From: an uncultured Gammaproteobacteria bacterium
GTDB taxonomy: Bacteria; Pseudomonadota; Gammaproteobacteria; Steroidobacterales; Steroidobacteraceae
Reading direction: 5' to 3'
Assembly: GCA_963819705.1 (NCBI GenBank)
Contig: CAWFXH010000011.1
Coordinates: 7,529-71,528 of the forward strand
Length of the DNA: 64,000 bases
In this document: in pieces, positions 28,946 through 41,531 of the stretch
Layout of the letters: the number at the start of each line of letters is the position of its first letter
How positions within the stretch are numbered: the stretch's first letter is position 1
Notes under the pieces: generated by a model
What the model saw: the letters and a program-made list of their open reading frames with translations, nothing else
Databases searched by the model: none
What the model was told of the DNA's origin: nothing
Program-made: the position numbers and the translations under genes

Positions 28946-31354
28946 TCAATTGCGTGGCGGCGCGAGGCGCAGGACATGCGCCGCAGCACCCGGAAGGAAC
29001 GGCGACGGCCGACCGTGCACCCAATCGTCATGCCCGGCCCGGTAGAAGGGTGACAGCGGGTGGCCGCTCTGCCCCGACGGCATGTGCAGGTAGCCCTTGG
29101 CTTCATTGCCAGGCGATACGCCAAAGCGCTCGGAGGCGCCGAAGCTCGGCGACTGAACGCGTGGCGTCGACCAGTCGCCCGGGAGCTGCTCGGCCGGCAT
29201 GTCGAGGTAACGCGCCAGGCCTGGCAGCGCGGCGCTAAGAGGATGCTGGATCGCCGTCGTGTTCACGCGTCCCCAGGTGCAGTCCTGAATCGAGGGACAA
29301 GCTGCTGGCAAGTCGCGCGCCGTCTCGGCCGCGATGTCCGCGAGCCAGGCATCCCAATCCGCGTAGCGCGGATCCAGCAGGTGCGGGGGCCGTTCTGTTA
29401 CCAGCCTCCAGGCGGTTTCGGTGAAGCGTTGCGGGGGATCCCAGTCGAATTCCGGCCAGCGCACGACGGCCTCTGCCGCGAGCATGGTGAACGCGTGGGC
29501 GGAGACGCGCCGCTCGAATTCCCGCAGCAGCCGGTAGCCTGCGTCATCGATGGCCGCGCGGCCGCTCCAGCCCGCGATCATTCTTGCCGCCGCCGTGGCG
29601 CCGCGGTGCTCGAATGCCGCGACCAGCAGAGGCTGCCAGTTCGCAAGGTAGTCAGCGCGGTCGTCGAGCTGGATCGAGAGCAGATTGGCCGGGGTTGCGC
29701 CCCGGAGGCTTTCGAGCCGCGCTCGGATCTGGCGCGCCCGCGCAGCCGGCGCATAGCTGCCGTCACCAATGCGCGCGAACGCCTCGCCACCGACCACGCG
29801 GGCGTTCGCGGACCACGCAAAGCCCTGCGACGGATCGAGCAGGCGCGGAGATTCTTCGCGGGGCAGCCAGCCGGCCCAGCCGGTGTTTTTCCGGTGCCAG
29901 GCGGACGGGCGCGTCGGATCGATGCCCTCGCGCCTCGGCAGCCGCCCCGAAAGCACCCAGCCGATGCGGCCATGCTCGTCGGCGATCATCACGTTCTGCG
30001 CCGGCATGCCGGCACCGCCCACGACCGCGGCTGCGCCGTCGAGATCGCGGGCGTGCTCGAGCCGGAGCACGGACAGGTCCGTAGCGCCGTCGCGATGCGC
30101 CGTCCAGGCAAGCGCCAGCTCGTGTCCATTGCCGTCGCGGCCGATGACCGGCCCCCATTCGGTGCGCCGCACAACCAGTGTCTCGGGCGGCGCGTCGGCC
30201 ACCTCGATGACTTCCGCATCGCGCTCGAATGGGCGCGGTCCATCCGCAGTCTGGTATTGATCAAGCCGGCCCGGCACGGGCTCTAGCGCGATGAGGTCCT
30301 GGAAGTCGCCATAGCTGTTCGTGAATCCCCAGGCGACGTGGCCGTTGCTCCCGGCGACGACGGCCGGAACGCCGGGCAACGTCACGCCTGAAACATCGAT
30401 GCCCTCTTCGCCGACGACGAGGCGCGCACGATACCAGATGTTCGGCACGCGCAATTTCAGGTGCATGTCGTTTGCCAGAAGCGCGCGGCCGTCCGCCGTG
30501 CGCGAGCCCGCAATCGCCCAGTTGTTGCTGCCGAGCGCGGCCATGTCGCCGCCGCCGGCAATCCGCAGCTTCTCCGCCAGGATCCGGTCGGCGCGTTCGA
30601 AGAGCGACCTGTCGAGCCGGCGCAGGTCGTAGGCCTCCGGCGACGGCATGGGCGGCTGCGGCAGGATGCTGTCATCAAGCGGCGCTTCCCAAGTCGGGTC
30701 CGGCTCGATCAGGAAGCGGACGAGGGCCGGCGGCAGCACGACGGCCAGCCGCCCGTTGCGCTGTTCGACGAGGTCTTCGAGCCCCTGCAGGTCGATCCAT
30801 TGGGCGTAGACAACGAGCAGGCTGTCCTCGGCGCGCCAGGGCACCGGCGTCGCCCGCAGCAACAGGTACTCGAATGGCCGGACTGTCGTTGCCGCGAGCG
30901 CTGCGTTGACGCCGTCGGCATATGCGTCGAGCAGCGCCCGATCGCCCGCATCCATCGCCGCAAGCGTCGCCCGCGCGCGCTTGCGGAACTGGTGGAGGCG
31001 GATGCGCCGGTCGCGCCCCAGCAGGGTGGGCCCGAGCAAAGCCGACAGTTCGCCCGCGCCGACGCGGCGGAGCAGGTCCATCTGGAACAGGCGATCCTGG
31101 CCATGGGCGTAACCGGTCGCCCGCGCGACATCGATGCGCGACTGGCCGCGGATGACCGGCACGCCAGCCGTGTCGCGCTCGATCGTGACCACGGAGCCGA
31201 GGCCGGCCAGCTTCGCCTCGCCGTCAATCCTGGGCAGGCTGCCGCGGACCGCGAGCCAGGCGGCAGTGACCGCCAGCAGCAGGATCGCAATGGTGATGCC
31301 CGCGGTCCAGAGGAGGATCCGCTTCAGGCGGGGACGCGTCCCTTTGTTGGCCAT
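28946..31354 (-). CDS. Penicillin acylase family Ntn hydrolase (possible acyl-homoserine-lactone/beta-lactam acylase)
   Basis: 802-aa ORF with an N-terminal TM/signal anchor and the predicted autoprocessing nucleophile context LGSNNWAIAG. Family-typical length and layout. Confidence 0.88.
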   Translation of the reverse strand: MANKGTRPRLKRILLWTAGITIAILLLAVTAAWLAVRGSLPRIDGEAKLAGLGSVVTIERDTAGVPVIRGQSRIDVARATGYAHGQDRLFQMDLLRRVGAGELSALLGPTLLGRDRRIRLHQFRKRARATLAAMDAGDRALLDAYADGVNAALAATTVRPFEYLLLRATPVPWRAEDSLLVVYAQWIDLQGLEDLVEQRNGRLAVVLPPALVRFLIEPDPTWEAPLDDSILPQPPMPSPEAYDLRRLDRSLFERADRILAEKLRIAGGGDMAALGSNNWAIAGSRTADGRALLANDMHLKLRVPNIWYRARLVVGEEGIDVSGVTLPGVPAVVAGSNGHVAWGFTNSYGDFQDLIALEPVPGRLDQYQTADGPRPFERDAEVIEVADAPPETLVVRRTEWGPVIGRDGNGHELALAWTAHRDGATDLSVLRLEHARDLDGAAAVVGGAGMPAQNVMIADEHGRIGWVLSGRLPRREGIDPTRPSAWHRKNTGWAGWLPREESPRLLDPSQGFAWSANARVVGGEAFARIGDGSYAPAARARQIRARLESLRGATPANLLSIQLDDRADYLANWQPLLVAAFEHRGATAAARMIAGWSGRAAIDDAGYRLLREFERRVSAHAFTMLAAEAVVRWPEFDWDPPQRFTETAWRLVTERPPHLLDPRYADWDAWLADIAAETARDLPAACPSIQDCTWGRVNTTAIQHPLSAALPGLARYLDMPAEQLPGDWSTPRVQSPSFGASERFGVSPGNEAKGYLHMPSGQSGHPLSPFYRAGHDDWVHGRPSPFLPGAAAHVLRLAPPRN

Positions 31355-31399
31355 TTCAGCAGCGGATCCCTTGGCAGTGACAAAGGGGTACGTCCCCCT
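31330..31399. repeat. Imperfect inverted pair of the GGGGACG..CCC(C)TTTG hairpin motif flanking the acylase start codon
   Basis: GGGGACGCGTCCCTTTG (31330-31346, inside acylase codons 3-9) and AAAGGGGTACGTCCCCCT (31382-31399, 19 nt after the pyk stop), separated by 35 nt. Shares GCGTCCC(C)TTTGTT with the 22297-22318 copy. On the minus strand the distal copy reads AGGGGGACGTACCCCTTTG, which is terminator-like. Confidence 0.5.
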
Positions 31400-31417
31400 G
31401 GCGGCTTGCAGCGCCGC

Positions 31418-32857
31418 CTACGATGCGGGTTGGCGCTCGACCTTGACGATCTTCATCGAGTTGGTGCCGCCCGAAACGCCCGAGAATTCTCCCTTTGTGA
31501 CGATGATGAGGTCGCCTTCGGCGGCGAGCCCGTCGGCCATCAGCCGCTCGAAGATGGCGGCATACATGCGCTCGGGCCGCGGATGCGTGACGTCGAAACC
31601 CACCGGGTAGACGCCGCGGTAGAGCGTCACGCGCCGTTGCGTCGCCGGGTGACGCGTGAACGCATAGATCGGGATGTCCGAACGCATGCGCGACATCCAC
31701 AGCGCGGTCGAGCCGGATTCCGTCAGCGCAACGATCGCCTGCACGTCGAGGTGATTCGCCGTATACATCACGGCAGCGGCGATTGCCTCGTCAGTCCGGA
31801 CAAAATGCCCGTCGGTCCTCAGGTCGGGCCGGTTCGAAAATTGCCACTTCTCGGCGCCTTCGATCACCTGGGCCATCGCGCGCACGACGCGTCCCGGATG
31901 ACGGCCGACGGCGGTCTCGGCCGAGAGCATGACGGCGTCCGTGTCATCCATCACGGCGTTCGCGACGTCCGAAACCTCAGCGCGGGTCGGCACGGGCGCA
32001 TGGATCATGGACTCCATCATCTGCGTCGCCGTGATAACGGGCCGGTTCTTCGCCCGCGCGAGCGCGATGATGTGTTTTTGCAAACCCGTCAGCTCGGCGT
32101 ACCCGACTTCGACGCCGAGGTCGCCACGCGCGACCATCACGGCCGCAGTGGTCTCGACGATGGACTCGAGGTTTTCGATTGCGTCGCGCCGCTCGATCTT
32201 CGCGATGATGCGCCCGTCGCCGCGCGCGGCGCGCAGCAGGTCCCAGGCTTCTGCGACGTCGGCGCGGTCACGCACGAACGACACGGCGAGGTAGTCCACA
32301 CCGAGTTCCGCGGCCATGCGGATATCGTCGCGGTCCTTCGCCGTCAACGCGCCCGCCGAAAGCCCGCCACCCTGCTTGTTGAGCCCCTTCAAGTCCGAGA
32401 GCTCACCACCGGTCAGGACTTTCGTGTGCACCTGCGTGCCCTCGACCTGCGTGACTTCGAGTGAAATCAGCCCGTCGTTGACGAGCAGCGTGTCGCCGGG
32501 CCGCACGTCGCGCGGCAGCGACTCGTAGGCCACGCCGACGATGCGGTCGGTGCCGTTCGCCGGATCAAAGGCCGGATCGAGCGTAAATCGCTCGCCTTCG
32601 ACGAGGGTCGCACGCCCCGTCGCGAAGCGCTCGATGCGCACCTTGGGACCGCGCAGGTCTCCGAGCACGCCGACGACGCGGCCCGCCCGGGCAGCGGCTG
32701 CACGAGCCGCGTCGATGCGCCGCGCGTGATCGGCAAAGCTGCCGTGCGAGAAATTGACGCGCACGAGATCCACGCCTGCGGCGATCAGGTCGCGCAGTGC
32801 CGGCTCCGGATCCGTCGCGGGGCCGAGGGTCGCCACGATTTTGGTGCGTCTGGGCAT
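31418..32857 (-). CDS. pyk: Pyruvate kinase
   Basis: 479-aa ORF, MPRRTKIVATLGPATD...VNFSHG...MVARGDLGVE, full-length pyruvate kinase. Confidence 0.95.
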   Translation of the reverse strand: MPRRTKIVATLGPATDPEPALRDLIAAGVDLVRVNFSHGSFADHARRIDAARAAAARAGRVVGVLGDLRGPKVRIERFATGRATLVEGERFTLDPAFDPANGTDRIVGVAYESLPRDVRPGDTLLVNDGLISLEVTQVEGTQVHTKVLTGGELSDLKGLNKQGGGLSAGALTAKDRDDIRMAAELGVDYLAVSFVRDRADVAEAWDLLRAARGDGRIIAKIERRDAIENLESIVETTAAVMVARGDLGVEVGYAELTGLQKHIIALARAKNRPVITATQMMESMIHAPVPTRAEVSDVANAVMDDTDAVMLSAETAVGRHPGRVVRAMAQVIEGAEKWQFSNRPDLRTDGHFVRTDEAIAAAVMYTANHLDVQAIVALTESGSTALWMSRMRSDIPIYAFTRHPATQRRVTLYRGVYPVGFDVTHPRPERMYAAIFERLMADGLAAEGDLIIVTKGEFSGVSGGTNSMKIVKVERQPAS

Positions 32858-34048
32858 TCAGCGTCCCCTGCAATCCGCCGCCCGCCTTTCGAGCGCGGCG
32901 ACCGCCGGCAGCGTCCTGCCCTCCACGAATTCGAGGAACGCCCCGCCGCCGGTCGAAATATAGGAAATATCGTCCCCGATCCCGAATTTCTCGATCGCGG
33001 CGAGGGTGTCGCCACCGCCCGCGATCGAGAACGCCTTGCTTTTCGCGATCGACATCGCAAGCGCGCGGGTGCCGCCGGCGAACGGGTCGAACTCGAACAC
33101 GCCGAGCGGTCCGTTCCAGATGACCGTGCCGGCCCTGGAGACGATCCCCGCGACAACCGCGGCCGATGCGGGGCCGATGTCGAGGATCATTTCGTCCGGG
33201 CCCACGTCGGTTGCGGCCCGCGTCTCGGCCTTCGCGGTCGCCGCGAACTCGCGCGCAACCACGACATCGGTCGGGATCGGGATTGCGACGCCGCGCACTT
33301 TCGCCTGCGCGATCAGGCGCCTTGCGACGTCGATCATGTCGGGCTCATGCAACGACTTGCCGACCTCGGCACCGGTCGCGGCCAGGAACGTATTAGCGAT
33401 GCCGCCGCCGACCACGAGCTGGTCCACCTTCTCGACCAGGTTCTCGAGCACCGCGAGCTTGGTCGACACCTTGGAACCGCCGACGACCGCGACCAGCGGT
33501 CGTGCCGGATCGTGCAGGGCCCGCTCGAGCGCCTCGAGCTCGCCCGCGAGGAGCGGTCCGGCGCAGGCTACCGGCGCGGCGAGCGCGACGCCGTGGGTGC
33601 TCGCCTCTGCCCGGTGAGCCGTCCCGAAGGCGTCCATGACAAAGACGTCGCAGAGCGCCGCCATGCGCTTAGCGAGCACGGGATCGTCCTTCTTCTCGCC
33701 TTTCAGGAATCGCACGTTTTCCAGCAGGGCGATCTCGCCAGGCGCCGCCGCCGCGCCGTCGAGGCCGTCATCGATGAACCTGACGGGCCGCCCGAGGAGT
33801 GCCGCAAGGGCTTTCGCGACCGGTGCGAGCGAGAGCGCGGGATCACGCTCCCCTTCCTTCGGCCGGCCGAGGTGCGACATCACGAGGACCCGCGCCTTGG
33901 CATCCAGCGCGTGCCGAAGCGTCGGCAAAGCCGCCCGCAATCGCGCGTCGCTCGTGACCCGGCCATCGGCGACCGGGACGTTGAAGTCCTCCCGGATCAG
34001 CACGCGTTTGCCTGCGAGCGGAAGGTCCGTCATCCGGATCGCCTCCAT
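32858..34048 (-). CDS. pgk: Phosphoglycerate kinase
   Basis: Start at ATG 34048 ([25 protein letters not shown], colinear with E. coli MSVIKMTDLDLAGKRV). The remaining 22 codons of track ORF 32858..34114 overlap gap. Confidence 0.93.
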   Translation of the reverse strand: MEAIRMTDLPLAGKRVLIREDFNVPVADGRVTSDARLRAALPTLRHALDAKARVLVMSHLGRPKEGERDPALSLAPVAKALAALLGRPVRFIDDGLDGAAAAPGEIALLENVRFLKGEKKDDPVLAKRMAALCDVFVMDAFGTAHRAEASTHGVALAAPVACAGPLLAGELEALERALHDPARPLVAVVGGSKVSTKLAVLENLVEKVDQLVVGGGIANTFLAATGAEVGKSLHEPDMIDVARRLIAQAKVRGVAIPIPTDVVVAREFAATAKAETRAATDVGPDEMILDIGPASAAVVAGIVSRAGTVIWNGPLGVFEFDPFAGGTRALAMSIAKSKAFSIAGGGDTLAAIEKFGIGDDISYISTGGGAFLEFVEGRTLPAVAALERRAADCRGR

Positions 34049-34056
34049 TGCCGGCC

Positions 34057-35067
34057 TCAGCCCGCCCTCGACCAGGCGAGCGTCGTGTCGAGCATGCGAT
34101 TGGAGAATCCCCACTCGTTGTCGTACCAGGAACAGACCTTCACGAGCGTGCCGTCGAGCACTTTCGTGAGCTGGGCATCGACTGTCCCGGAGGCTGGATT
34201 GTGGTTGAAGTCGATCGAGACGAGCGGATCCTCCGTGTATTCCAGGATGCCCTTCAGCGGGCCGGCCGCGGCCTTCTTCAGAATGTCGTTGACCTCCATG
34301 GCCGTCGTCGCGCGTTTCGCGATGAAACTGAGGTCGACGAGCGAGACGTTGATCGTCGGCACGCGCACCGCGAAACCGTCGAGCTTGCCCTTGAGCTCGG
34401 GCAGGACGAGGCCGACCGCAGCCGCGGCGCCCGTCTTGGTGGGAATCATGGACATGGTCGCCGAGCGAGCGCGACGCAGGTCCGAATGGTAGACGTCAGT
34501 CAGTACCTGGTCATTCGTGTAGGCGTGCACGGTCGTCATGATTCCGGAGACGACGCCGAGCGCACCGTGCAGGGGCTGCACGAGGGGTGCCAGGCAGTTC
34601 GTCGTGCAGGACGCATTGGAGATCACGGTCATGTCCGCCCGCAGCGTCCCGTGGTTTACTCCGTAGACGATCGTCGCGTCCACGCCCTCCGCGGGAGCCG
34701 AGACGACGACTTTCTTTGCGCCACCGGCGAGGTGCCTGCCGGCTTTTTCCTTGTTGGCGAACAGGCCCGTGCATTCGAGGACGAACTCGATGCCGAGTTC
34801 TCCCCAAGGCAGCCTCGACGGGTCGCGCTCGGCGAGCACCCGGATGCGGTCGCCGTTGACAACCATGTGGCTGCCGTCGACGGCAACCTTGCCGGGAAAC
34901 GGGCCATGGGCCGTGTCATGGCGTGTCAGGTGCGCATTCGTGTTGGCGTCGCCGAGGTCGTTGATCGCGACGATACTGATCTCGCCCGTGCGCTTCGCCT
35001 CGTACAGCGCCCGCAGGATGTTGCGCCCGATGCGGCCGTAACCGTTGATGCCTACCTTGATCGCCAT
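34057..35067 (-). CDS. gap: Glyceraldehyde-3-phosphate dehydrogenase
   Basis: ATG at 35067 ([16 protein letters not shown]...) with GGAGAG 8 nt upstream. The track start at 35073 is a TTG overlapping the tkt stop. Catalytic [12 protein letters not shown]. Confidence 0.93.
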   Translation of the reverse strand: MAIKVGINGYGRIGRNILRALYEAKRTGEISIVAINDLGDANTNAHLTRHDTAHGPFPGKVAVDGSHMVVNGDRIRVLAERDPSRLPWGELGIEFVLECTGLFANKEKAGRHLAGGAKKVVVSAPAEGVDATIVYGVNHGTLRADMTVISNASCTTNCLAPLVQPLHGALGVVSGIMTTVHAYTNDQVLTDVYHSDLRRARSATMSMIPTKTGAAAAVGLVLPELKGKLDGFAVRVPTINVSLVDLSFIAKRATTAMEVNDILKKAAAGPLKGILEYTEDPLVSIDFNHNPASGTVDAQLTKVLDGTLVKVCSWYDNEWGFSNRMLDTTLAWSRAG

Positions 35068-35069
35068 GG

Positions 35070-37076
<2,007 letters not shown>

Positions 37077-37129
37077 TCGGACACTCCGGCGGGAAACCGG
37101 CATTGTGGCCGATGGCGTATAATTTTTCG

Positions 37130-38362
37130 ATGTCCGGCGACTTCCTTTTCACTTCCGAATCCGTTTCCGAAGGACATCCCGACAAGGTCGCGGACCAGAT
37201 TTCAGACGCGGTACTGGACGCACTGCTCGCGCGCGACCCGAAAGCGCGCGTCGCCTGCGAGGCGCTCGTCAAGACCGGCGTTGCGGTCGTCGCGGGCGAA
37301 ATCACGACCCGCGCGTGGATCGACCTCGAAGCCCTGGTGCGCGGCGTCATCTGCGACATCGGCTATACCTCTTCGGAGGTCGGTTTCGACGGCAAGACCT
37401 GTGGCGTCATCAACATCATCGGCAAGCAGTCCGTGGACATCGCGCAGGGCGTCGATCGCACGGATCCCGAGAACCAGGGCGCCGGTGACCAGGGCCTGAT
37501 GTTCGGCTATGCGACGAACGAGACCGCCGCCCTGATGCCGGCGCCGATCCACTATGCGCACAAGCTGGTCGAGCGCCAGGCAAGAGTCCGCAAGGGCCGC
37601 AATCCGAAGCTTCCCTGGCTCCGGCCCGACGCCAAGAGCCAGCTCACGTTCGCCTACGAAGACCACAAGCCGACCGGCATCGAAGCCGTCGTGCTCTCGA
37701 CGCAGCATGCACCTGAAGTTCGCCAGAAAGACCTGCAGGAAGCGGTCATGGAGGAGATTCTCAAGCCCGTGCTGCCGGCCCGCTGGCTCGGCAAGCGCAC
37801 CAAGTACCACATCAATCCGACCGGCCGGTTCGTGATTGGCGGGCCCGTCGGCGACTGCGGCCTCACCGGGCGCAAGATCATCGTCGATACCTACGGCGGC
37901 ATGGCACGTCATGGCGGCGGCGCATTCTCGGGCAAGGACCCGTCGAAGGTCGACCGCTCGGCCGCATATGCCGCGCGCTATGTCGCCAAGAACCTGGTCG
38001 CGGCCGGCCTCGCGAGCCGCTGCGAGATCCAGGTGTCCTACGCGATCGGGGTGGCAAAGCCGACCTCGATTTCCGTTCGCACCTTCGGTACGGGCCGATT
38101 GAGCGACGCACGTCTCGAAAAGCTGGTCGCGGCCCACTTCGACCTGCGCCCGTTTGGCATCATCAAGATGCTGGACCTGATCCACCCGATGTACCGGAGG
38201 ACCGCGTCCTACGGCCACTTCGGGCGCGAACCGGCCGTGATGGAATACGATTGGCAGGATGATTCGAATGGCGGCGCCGCCCGGCGCCGGGCGACGTTCA
38301 CGGCCTTCAGCTGGGAACGCACCGATCGGGCCGAGGCACTGAGGAAGGCCGCCGGAATCTGA
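37130..38362 (+). CDS. metK: S-adenosylmethionine synthetase
   Basis: Start at ATG 37130 ([26 protein letters not shown], colinear with E. coli [18 protein letters not shown]). Carries a C-terminal ~24-aa insertion before FSWERTD, which I recall from Xanthomonas-type MetK. Confidence 0.93.
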   Translation: MSGDFLFTSESVSEGHPDKVADQISDAVLDALLARDPKARVACEALVKTGVAVVAGEITTRAWIDLEALVRGVICDIGYTSSEVGFDGKTCGVINIIGKQSVDIAQGVDRTDPENQGAGDQGLMFGYATNETAALMPAPIHYAHKLVERQARVRKGRNPKLPWLRPDAKSQLTFAYEDHKPTGIEAVVLSTQHAPEVRQKDLQEAVMEEILKPVLPARWLGKRTKYHINPTGRFVIGGPVGDCGLTGRKIIVDTYGGMARHGGGAFSGKDPSKVDRSAAYAARYVAKNLVAAGLASRCEIQVSYAIGVAKPTSISVRTFGTGRLSDARLEKLVAAHFDLRPFGIIKMLDLIHPMYRRTASYGHFGREPAVMEYDWQDDSNGGAARRRATFTAFSWERTDRAEALRKAAGI

Positions 38363-38384
38363 AATCCCCTCAAGGGGGCGCGGT

Positions 38385-38452
38385 CCTCGAGGAGCGTTGC
38401 AACGGGAATCGTCCCGCCAGGCTCGAGGATAGCGACAGGAAACGGCGCTCTC
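38385..38452 (+). promoter_or_regulatory. SAH (S-adenosylhomocysteine) riboswitch aptamer in the ahcY leader
   Basis: CCUCGAGGAGCGUUGCAACGGGAAUCGUCCCGCCAGGCUCGAGG...AACGGCGCUC fits my memory of the SAH element. P1 pairs CUCGAG with CUCGAG; internal hairpin CGGGA-aucg-UCCCG; conserved GCCAGGCUCG; pseudoknot GGAGCG with CGCUC. It sits where the class is normally found, immediately 5' of ahcY. Confidence 0.7.
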
Positions 38453-38475
38453 GCTCGCAAAGGAGAGGTACGACC

Positions 38476-39891
38476 ATGAATGCCGTGATCAACAGGAAGT
38501 TCAAGGACTTTCACGTCGCCGACATCGGCCAGGCCGACTGGGGCCGCCGCGAAATCGCGATTGCCGAGACCGAAATGCCGGGCCTCATGTCGGTCCGCGC
38601 GGAGTTCGGCCGCTCGAAACCGCTGTCGGGAGCCCGCATCGCGGGCTCGCTGCACATGACGATCCAGACGGCCGTTCTGATCGAGACGCTCGCCGCCCTG
38701 GGTGCCGAGATCCGCTGGGCCTCCTGCAACATTTTCTCGACGCAGGACCACGCCGCCGCCGCGATCGCCGCGGCCGGCATCCCGGTGTTTGCGCAGAAGG
38801 GCGAGACGCTGGAGCAATACTGGGACTTCGCGCATCGCATATTTGACTGGCCCGCCGGCCAGAACGCCAACATGATCCTCGACGACGGCGGCGACGCGAC
38901 GCTGCTGCTGATGCTCGGCGCCCAGGCCGAGCGCGACGCATCGGTCATCGCAAAGCCGGCAAACGAGGAGGAAACGGCGCTCTACGCCTCGATCCGGAAG
39001 CGCCTCGAGTCACAGCCGGGCTGGTATTCCGCTCGCCTCGCCGATATTCGCGGCGTCACCGAGGAGACGACGACGGGCGTCAAGCGCCTGTACCGCGTGG
39101 CCGCGGATGGCCACCTGCCCTTCCCGGCGATCAACGTCAATGACTCGGTCACGAAGTCAAAATTCGACAATCTCTATGGCTGCCGGGAATCGCTGGTCGA
39201 CGGCATCAAGCGCGCGACCGACGTCATGATCGCCGGCAAGATCGCGCTGGTCGCGGGCTACGGCGACGTCGGCAAGGGCTGCGCGCAATCGTTGCGCGGC
39301 CTCGGAGCGACCGTCTGGGTGACCGAGATCGACCCGATTTGCGCATTGCAGGCGGCGATGGAGGGCTACCGCGTCGTGACGATGGATGACGCCTGCGACA
39401 AGGCGGATATCTTCGTGTCCGCAACCGGCAACGTGAACGTGATCGGCCACGATCACATGCGCCGCATGAAGCACCAGGCAATCGTCTGCAACATCGGGCA
39501 CTTTGACAGCGAGATCGACATCGCCTCGCTCCGGCAGTACCGCTGGGAGAACATCAAGCCGCAGGTGGACCACGTGATCTTCCCGGACGGCAGGCGGATA
39601 ATCGTGCTCGCCGAGGGCCGGCTCGTGAACCTCGGCTGCGCAACCGGGCATCCGTCCTTCGTGATGTCGAATTCCTTCACAAACCAGGTGCTGGCGCAGA
39701 TCGAACTCTTCGCACACGGTGACCGCTATGAAAACCGCGTCTACGTGTTGCCGAAGGTGCTCGACGAGAAGGTCGCGCGACTGCATCTCGATCGTGTCGG
39801 GGCGAAACTCACGACGCTGACGCCCGAGCAGGAACGCTATCTCGATTTGCCGGCGGCCGGGCCATTCAAGCCCGATCACTACCGTTATTGA
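38476..39891 (+). CDS. ahcY: Adenosylhomocysteinase
   Basis: 471-aa ORF, ...[28 protein letters not shown]...GYGDVGKG.... AGGAGAGG SD. Full-length SAH hydrolase. Confidence 0.96.
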   Translation: MNAVINRKFKDFHVADIGQADWGRREIAIAETEMPGLMSVRAEFGRSKPLSGARIAGSLHMTIQTAVLIETLAALGAEIRWASCNIFSTQDHAAAAIAAAGIPVFAQKGETLEQYWDFAHRIFDWPAGQNANMILDDGGDATLLLMLGAQAERDASVIAKPANEEETALYASIRKRLESQPGWYSARLADIRGVTEETTTGVKRLYRVAADGHLPFPAINVNDSVTKSKFDNLYGCRESLVDGIKRATDVMIAGKIALVAGYGDVGKGCAQSLRGLGATVWVTEIDPICALQAAMEGYRVVTMDDACDKADIFVSATGNVNVIGHDHMRRMKHQAIVCNIGHFDSEIDIASLRQYRWENIKPQVDHVIFPDGRRIIVLAEGRLVNLGCATGHPSFVMSNSFTNQVLAQIELFAHGDRYENRVYVLPKVLDEKVARLHLDRVGAKLTTLTPEQERYLDLPAAGPFKPDHYRY

Positions 39892-39900
39892 CCGGCCACG

Positions 39901-40650
39901 GTGAAACTGCTGCAGTTCACGGACCCGCACCTGCCCGGCACACCGGGCGGGCTCGTCCGGGGCGTCGCGACGGAGGACACGCTGGCGCGCTGCGTGGGAC
40001 ACGCGCGCCGCCGCCATCCCCGCCCGCGGGCGGTGCTCCTGACTGGCGACCTAGTGCACGACGATGCCGCGGGTTACGCAGCCCTGCGCGAGCGGTTCCG
40101 TGAAGCCGGCGCGCCCGTGCACTGCCTGCCGGGCAATCACGACGCGCCGGAGCAGGTGCGCCGCGAGCTTGCCGAACCGCCCTTCGTCCACGAATTCGCC
40201 GCGCGCTACGGCGCCTGGCTCGTCGTGATGCTCGACAGCACGGTCGCGGGATCGCACCACGGCCACCTCGACGCGCAGGAACTTGCGCGCCTCGACGCCG
40301 CGCTCGAAGCCGAAGCCGGCGTGCCCGCCCTGGTCTGCCTGCACCATCAGCCTGTTCCGCACGGAAGTCGCTGGCTCGACGAGCTGATGCTCGACAATGC
40401 GGCCGATTTTTTCGCCGTCCTCGCGCGTCACCACGGCGTGCGGGGACTGGCCTGGGGCCATACCCACCAGCCGTTCGAGGGAATGCACGGGCGCGTGCGC
40501 CTGATGGGTACGCCATCGACCTGCATGCAATTCACGCAGAATGCGGACGAGTTCGAGGTTGACGGCCGTCCACCGGCATATCGATGGCTCTCGCTCGAGG
40601 ACGACGGCGGCATCGAAACGGGCATCGAATGGGTGGACCGTGATGCATGA
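39901..40650 (+). CDS. cpdA: Class III 3',5'-cyclic-nucleotide phosphodiesterase-like metallophosphoesterase
   Basis: 249-aa ORF (GTG start) with metallophosphoesterase motifs DPH, GDLVHD, GNHD and HH...GH. Confidence 0.8.
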   Translation: MKLLQFTDPHLPGTPGGLVRGVATEDTLARCVGHARRRHPRPRAVLLTGDLVHDDAAGYAALRERFREAGAPVHCLPGNHDAPEQVRRELAEPPFVHEFAARYGAWLVVMLDSTVAGSHHGHLDAQELARLDAALEAEAGVPALVCLHHQPVPHGSRWLDELMLDNAADFFAVLARHHGVRGLAWGHTHQPFEGMHGRVRLMGTPSTCMQFTQNADEFEVDGRPPAYRWLSLEDDGGIETGIEWVDRDA

Positions 40651-41521
40651 ACCCGCCCGGGCCTCGGCCATCGCCGCGACGGCCGCGCTGCTCGCCATGC
40701 TGGTTGCGGGCACCGCACGGGCCGAGCCTGCGCTGTGGCGGGTGACCGGCGACGGAGCGACGGTCTATCTCTTCGGTTCGGTGCACCTCTTGCCGGCCGG
40801 CGGCTTCGCAATCAATGGCGCGCTTGCGGATGCACTGAAGCAATCCGGGCGGGTGTGCATGGAAATCGACCCGGACGCGCTGGACGAATCCGAGACCGCC
40901 TCGCTCACGCTCGCACGCGCGGTCGACCCCGATGGGCGCAGCCTCTTCGACCTGCTCGGCCCGGACGCCGACCGCGTGCGGAATGCTGCCGAGGAAGCCG
41001 GCATCCCGCTCGAGCCACTCGCCGCGTTCGAGCCCTGGTTCGCCGGCATCACGGTGTCCGTGATGGCGCTGCAGGCCCACGGCTACGACGTGCAACATGG
41101 AGTCGAGCAGGTCATCCAGGCCGAAGCCCTGCAGGAGGGCAAGTCGGGCTGCGGGCTCGAGACGCTCGATGGCCAGCTCGGCATGCTCGATGGCCTGCCT
41201 GCGGAACTCCAGAAGGAGATCCTGTTGCAGTCGATCGAGGAAGCGGAAGACGTCGAGGACCAGATCGAGCCGATGCTCACGGCCTGGCGCGACGGCGACG
41301 AAAACGGGCTCGAGGAGAGCCTCGAGGAGGATTTCGACGGCTTCCCGGAACTGGCGCAGGCGCTCATTTACGAGCGCAATGCGCGCTGGGCTGACCAGGT
41401 GGGCGACATGCTGCGCGGCGATGTGGACGTGCTCGTGGTCGTCGGCGCGATGCATTTGGTGGGCGAGCGCGGGTTGCCTGCGCTGCTCCGGAAGCGCGGC
41501 TTCCGCGTCGAGAGGCGCTGA
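40643..41521 (+). CDS. TraB/GumN family protein (secreted)
   Basis: ATG at 40643 (8-nt overlap with cpdA). Signal peptide ...[12 protein letters not shown], then the GumN hallmark [23 protein letters not shown] and C-terminal [14 protein letters not shown]. Confidence 0.8.
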   Translation: MHEPARASAIAATAALLAMLVAGTARAEPALWRVTGDGATVYLFGSVHLLPAGGFAINGALADALKQSGRVCMEIDPDALDESETASLTLARAVDPDGRSLFDLLGPDADRVRNAAEEAGIPLEPLAAFEPWFAGITVSVMALQAHGYDVQHGVEQVIQAEALQEGKSGCGLETLDGQLGMLDGLPAELQKEILLQSIEEAEDVEDQIEPMLTAWRDGDENGLEESLEEDFDGFPELAQALIYERNARWADQVGDMLRGDVDVLVVVGAMHLVGERGLPALLRKRGFRVERR

Positions 41522-41531
41522 AGGCCCGCGC

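Noticed and set aside
25019-31354. Patatin lipase + MoxR ATPase + VWA protein + acylase as a possible anti-phage or conflict system
   Set aside because: The MoxR/VWA pair is the short CoxD/CoxE housekeeping type and is translationally coupled to bcp. The patatin gene is divergent and the acylase convergent. I saw no sensor, STAND, nuclease or other effector modules, no cyclase, and no sign of an island (no compositional shift or mobility genes).
30461-32464. 667-aa plus-strand ORF spanning the acylase 5' end and most of pyk
   Set aside because: It is antisense to two well-supported genes and crosses their intergenic hairpin region. The composition is Arg/Asp/Gly-rich and there is no recognisable domain.
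38230-38305. ~24-aa insertion near the MetK C-terminus ([26 protein letters not shown]) as a possible frameshift or insertion artefact
   Set aside because: The reading frame is continuous and returns to the conserved FSWERTD...AAG ending. I recall a similar insertion in Xanthomonas-type MetK, so it is probably lineage-typical.
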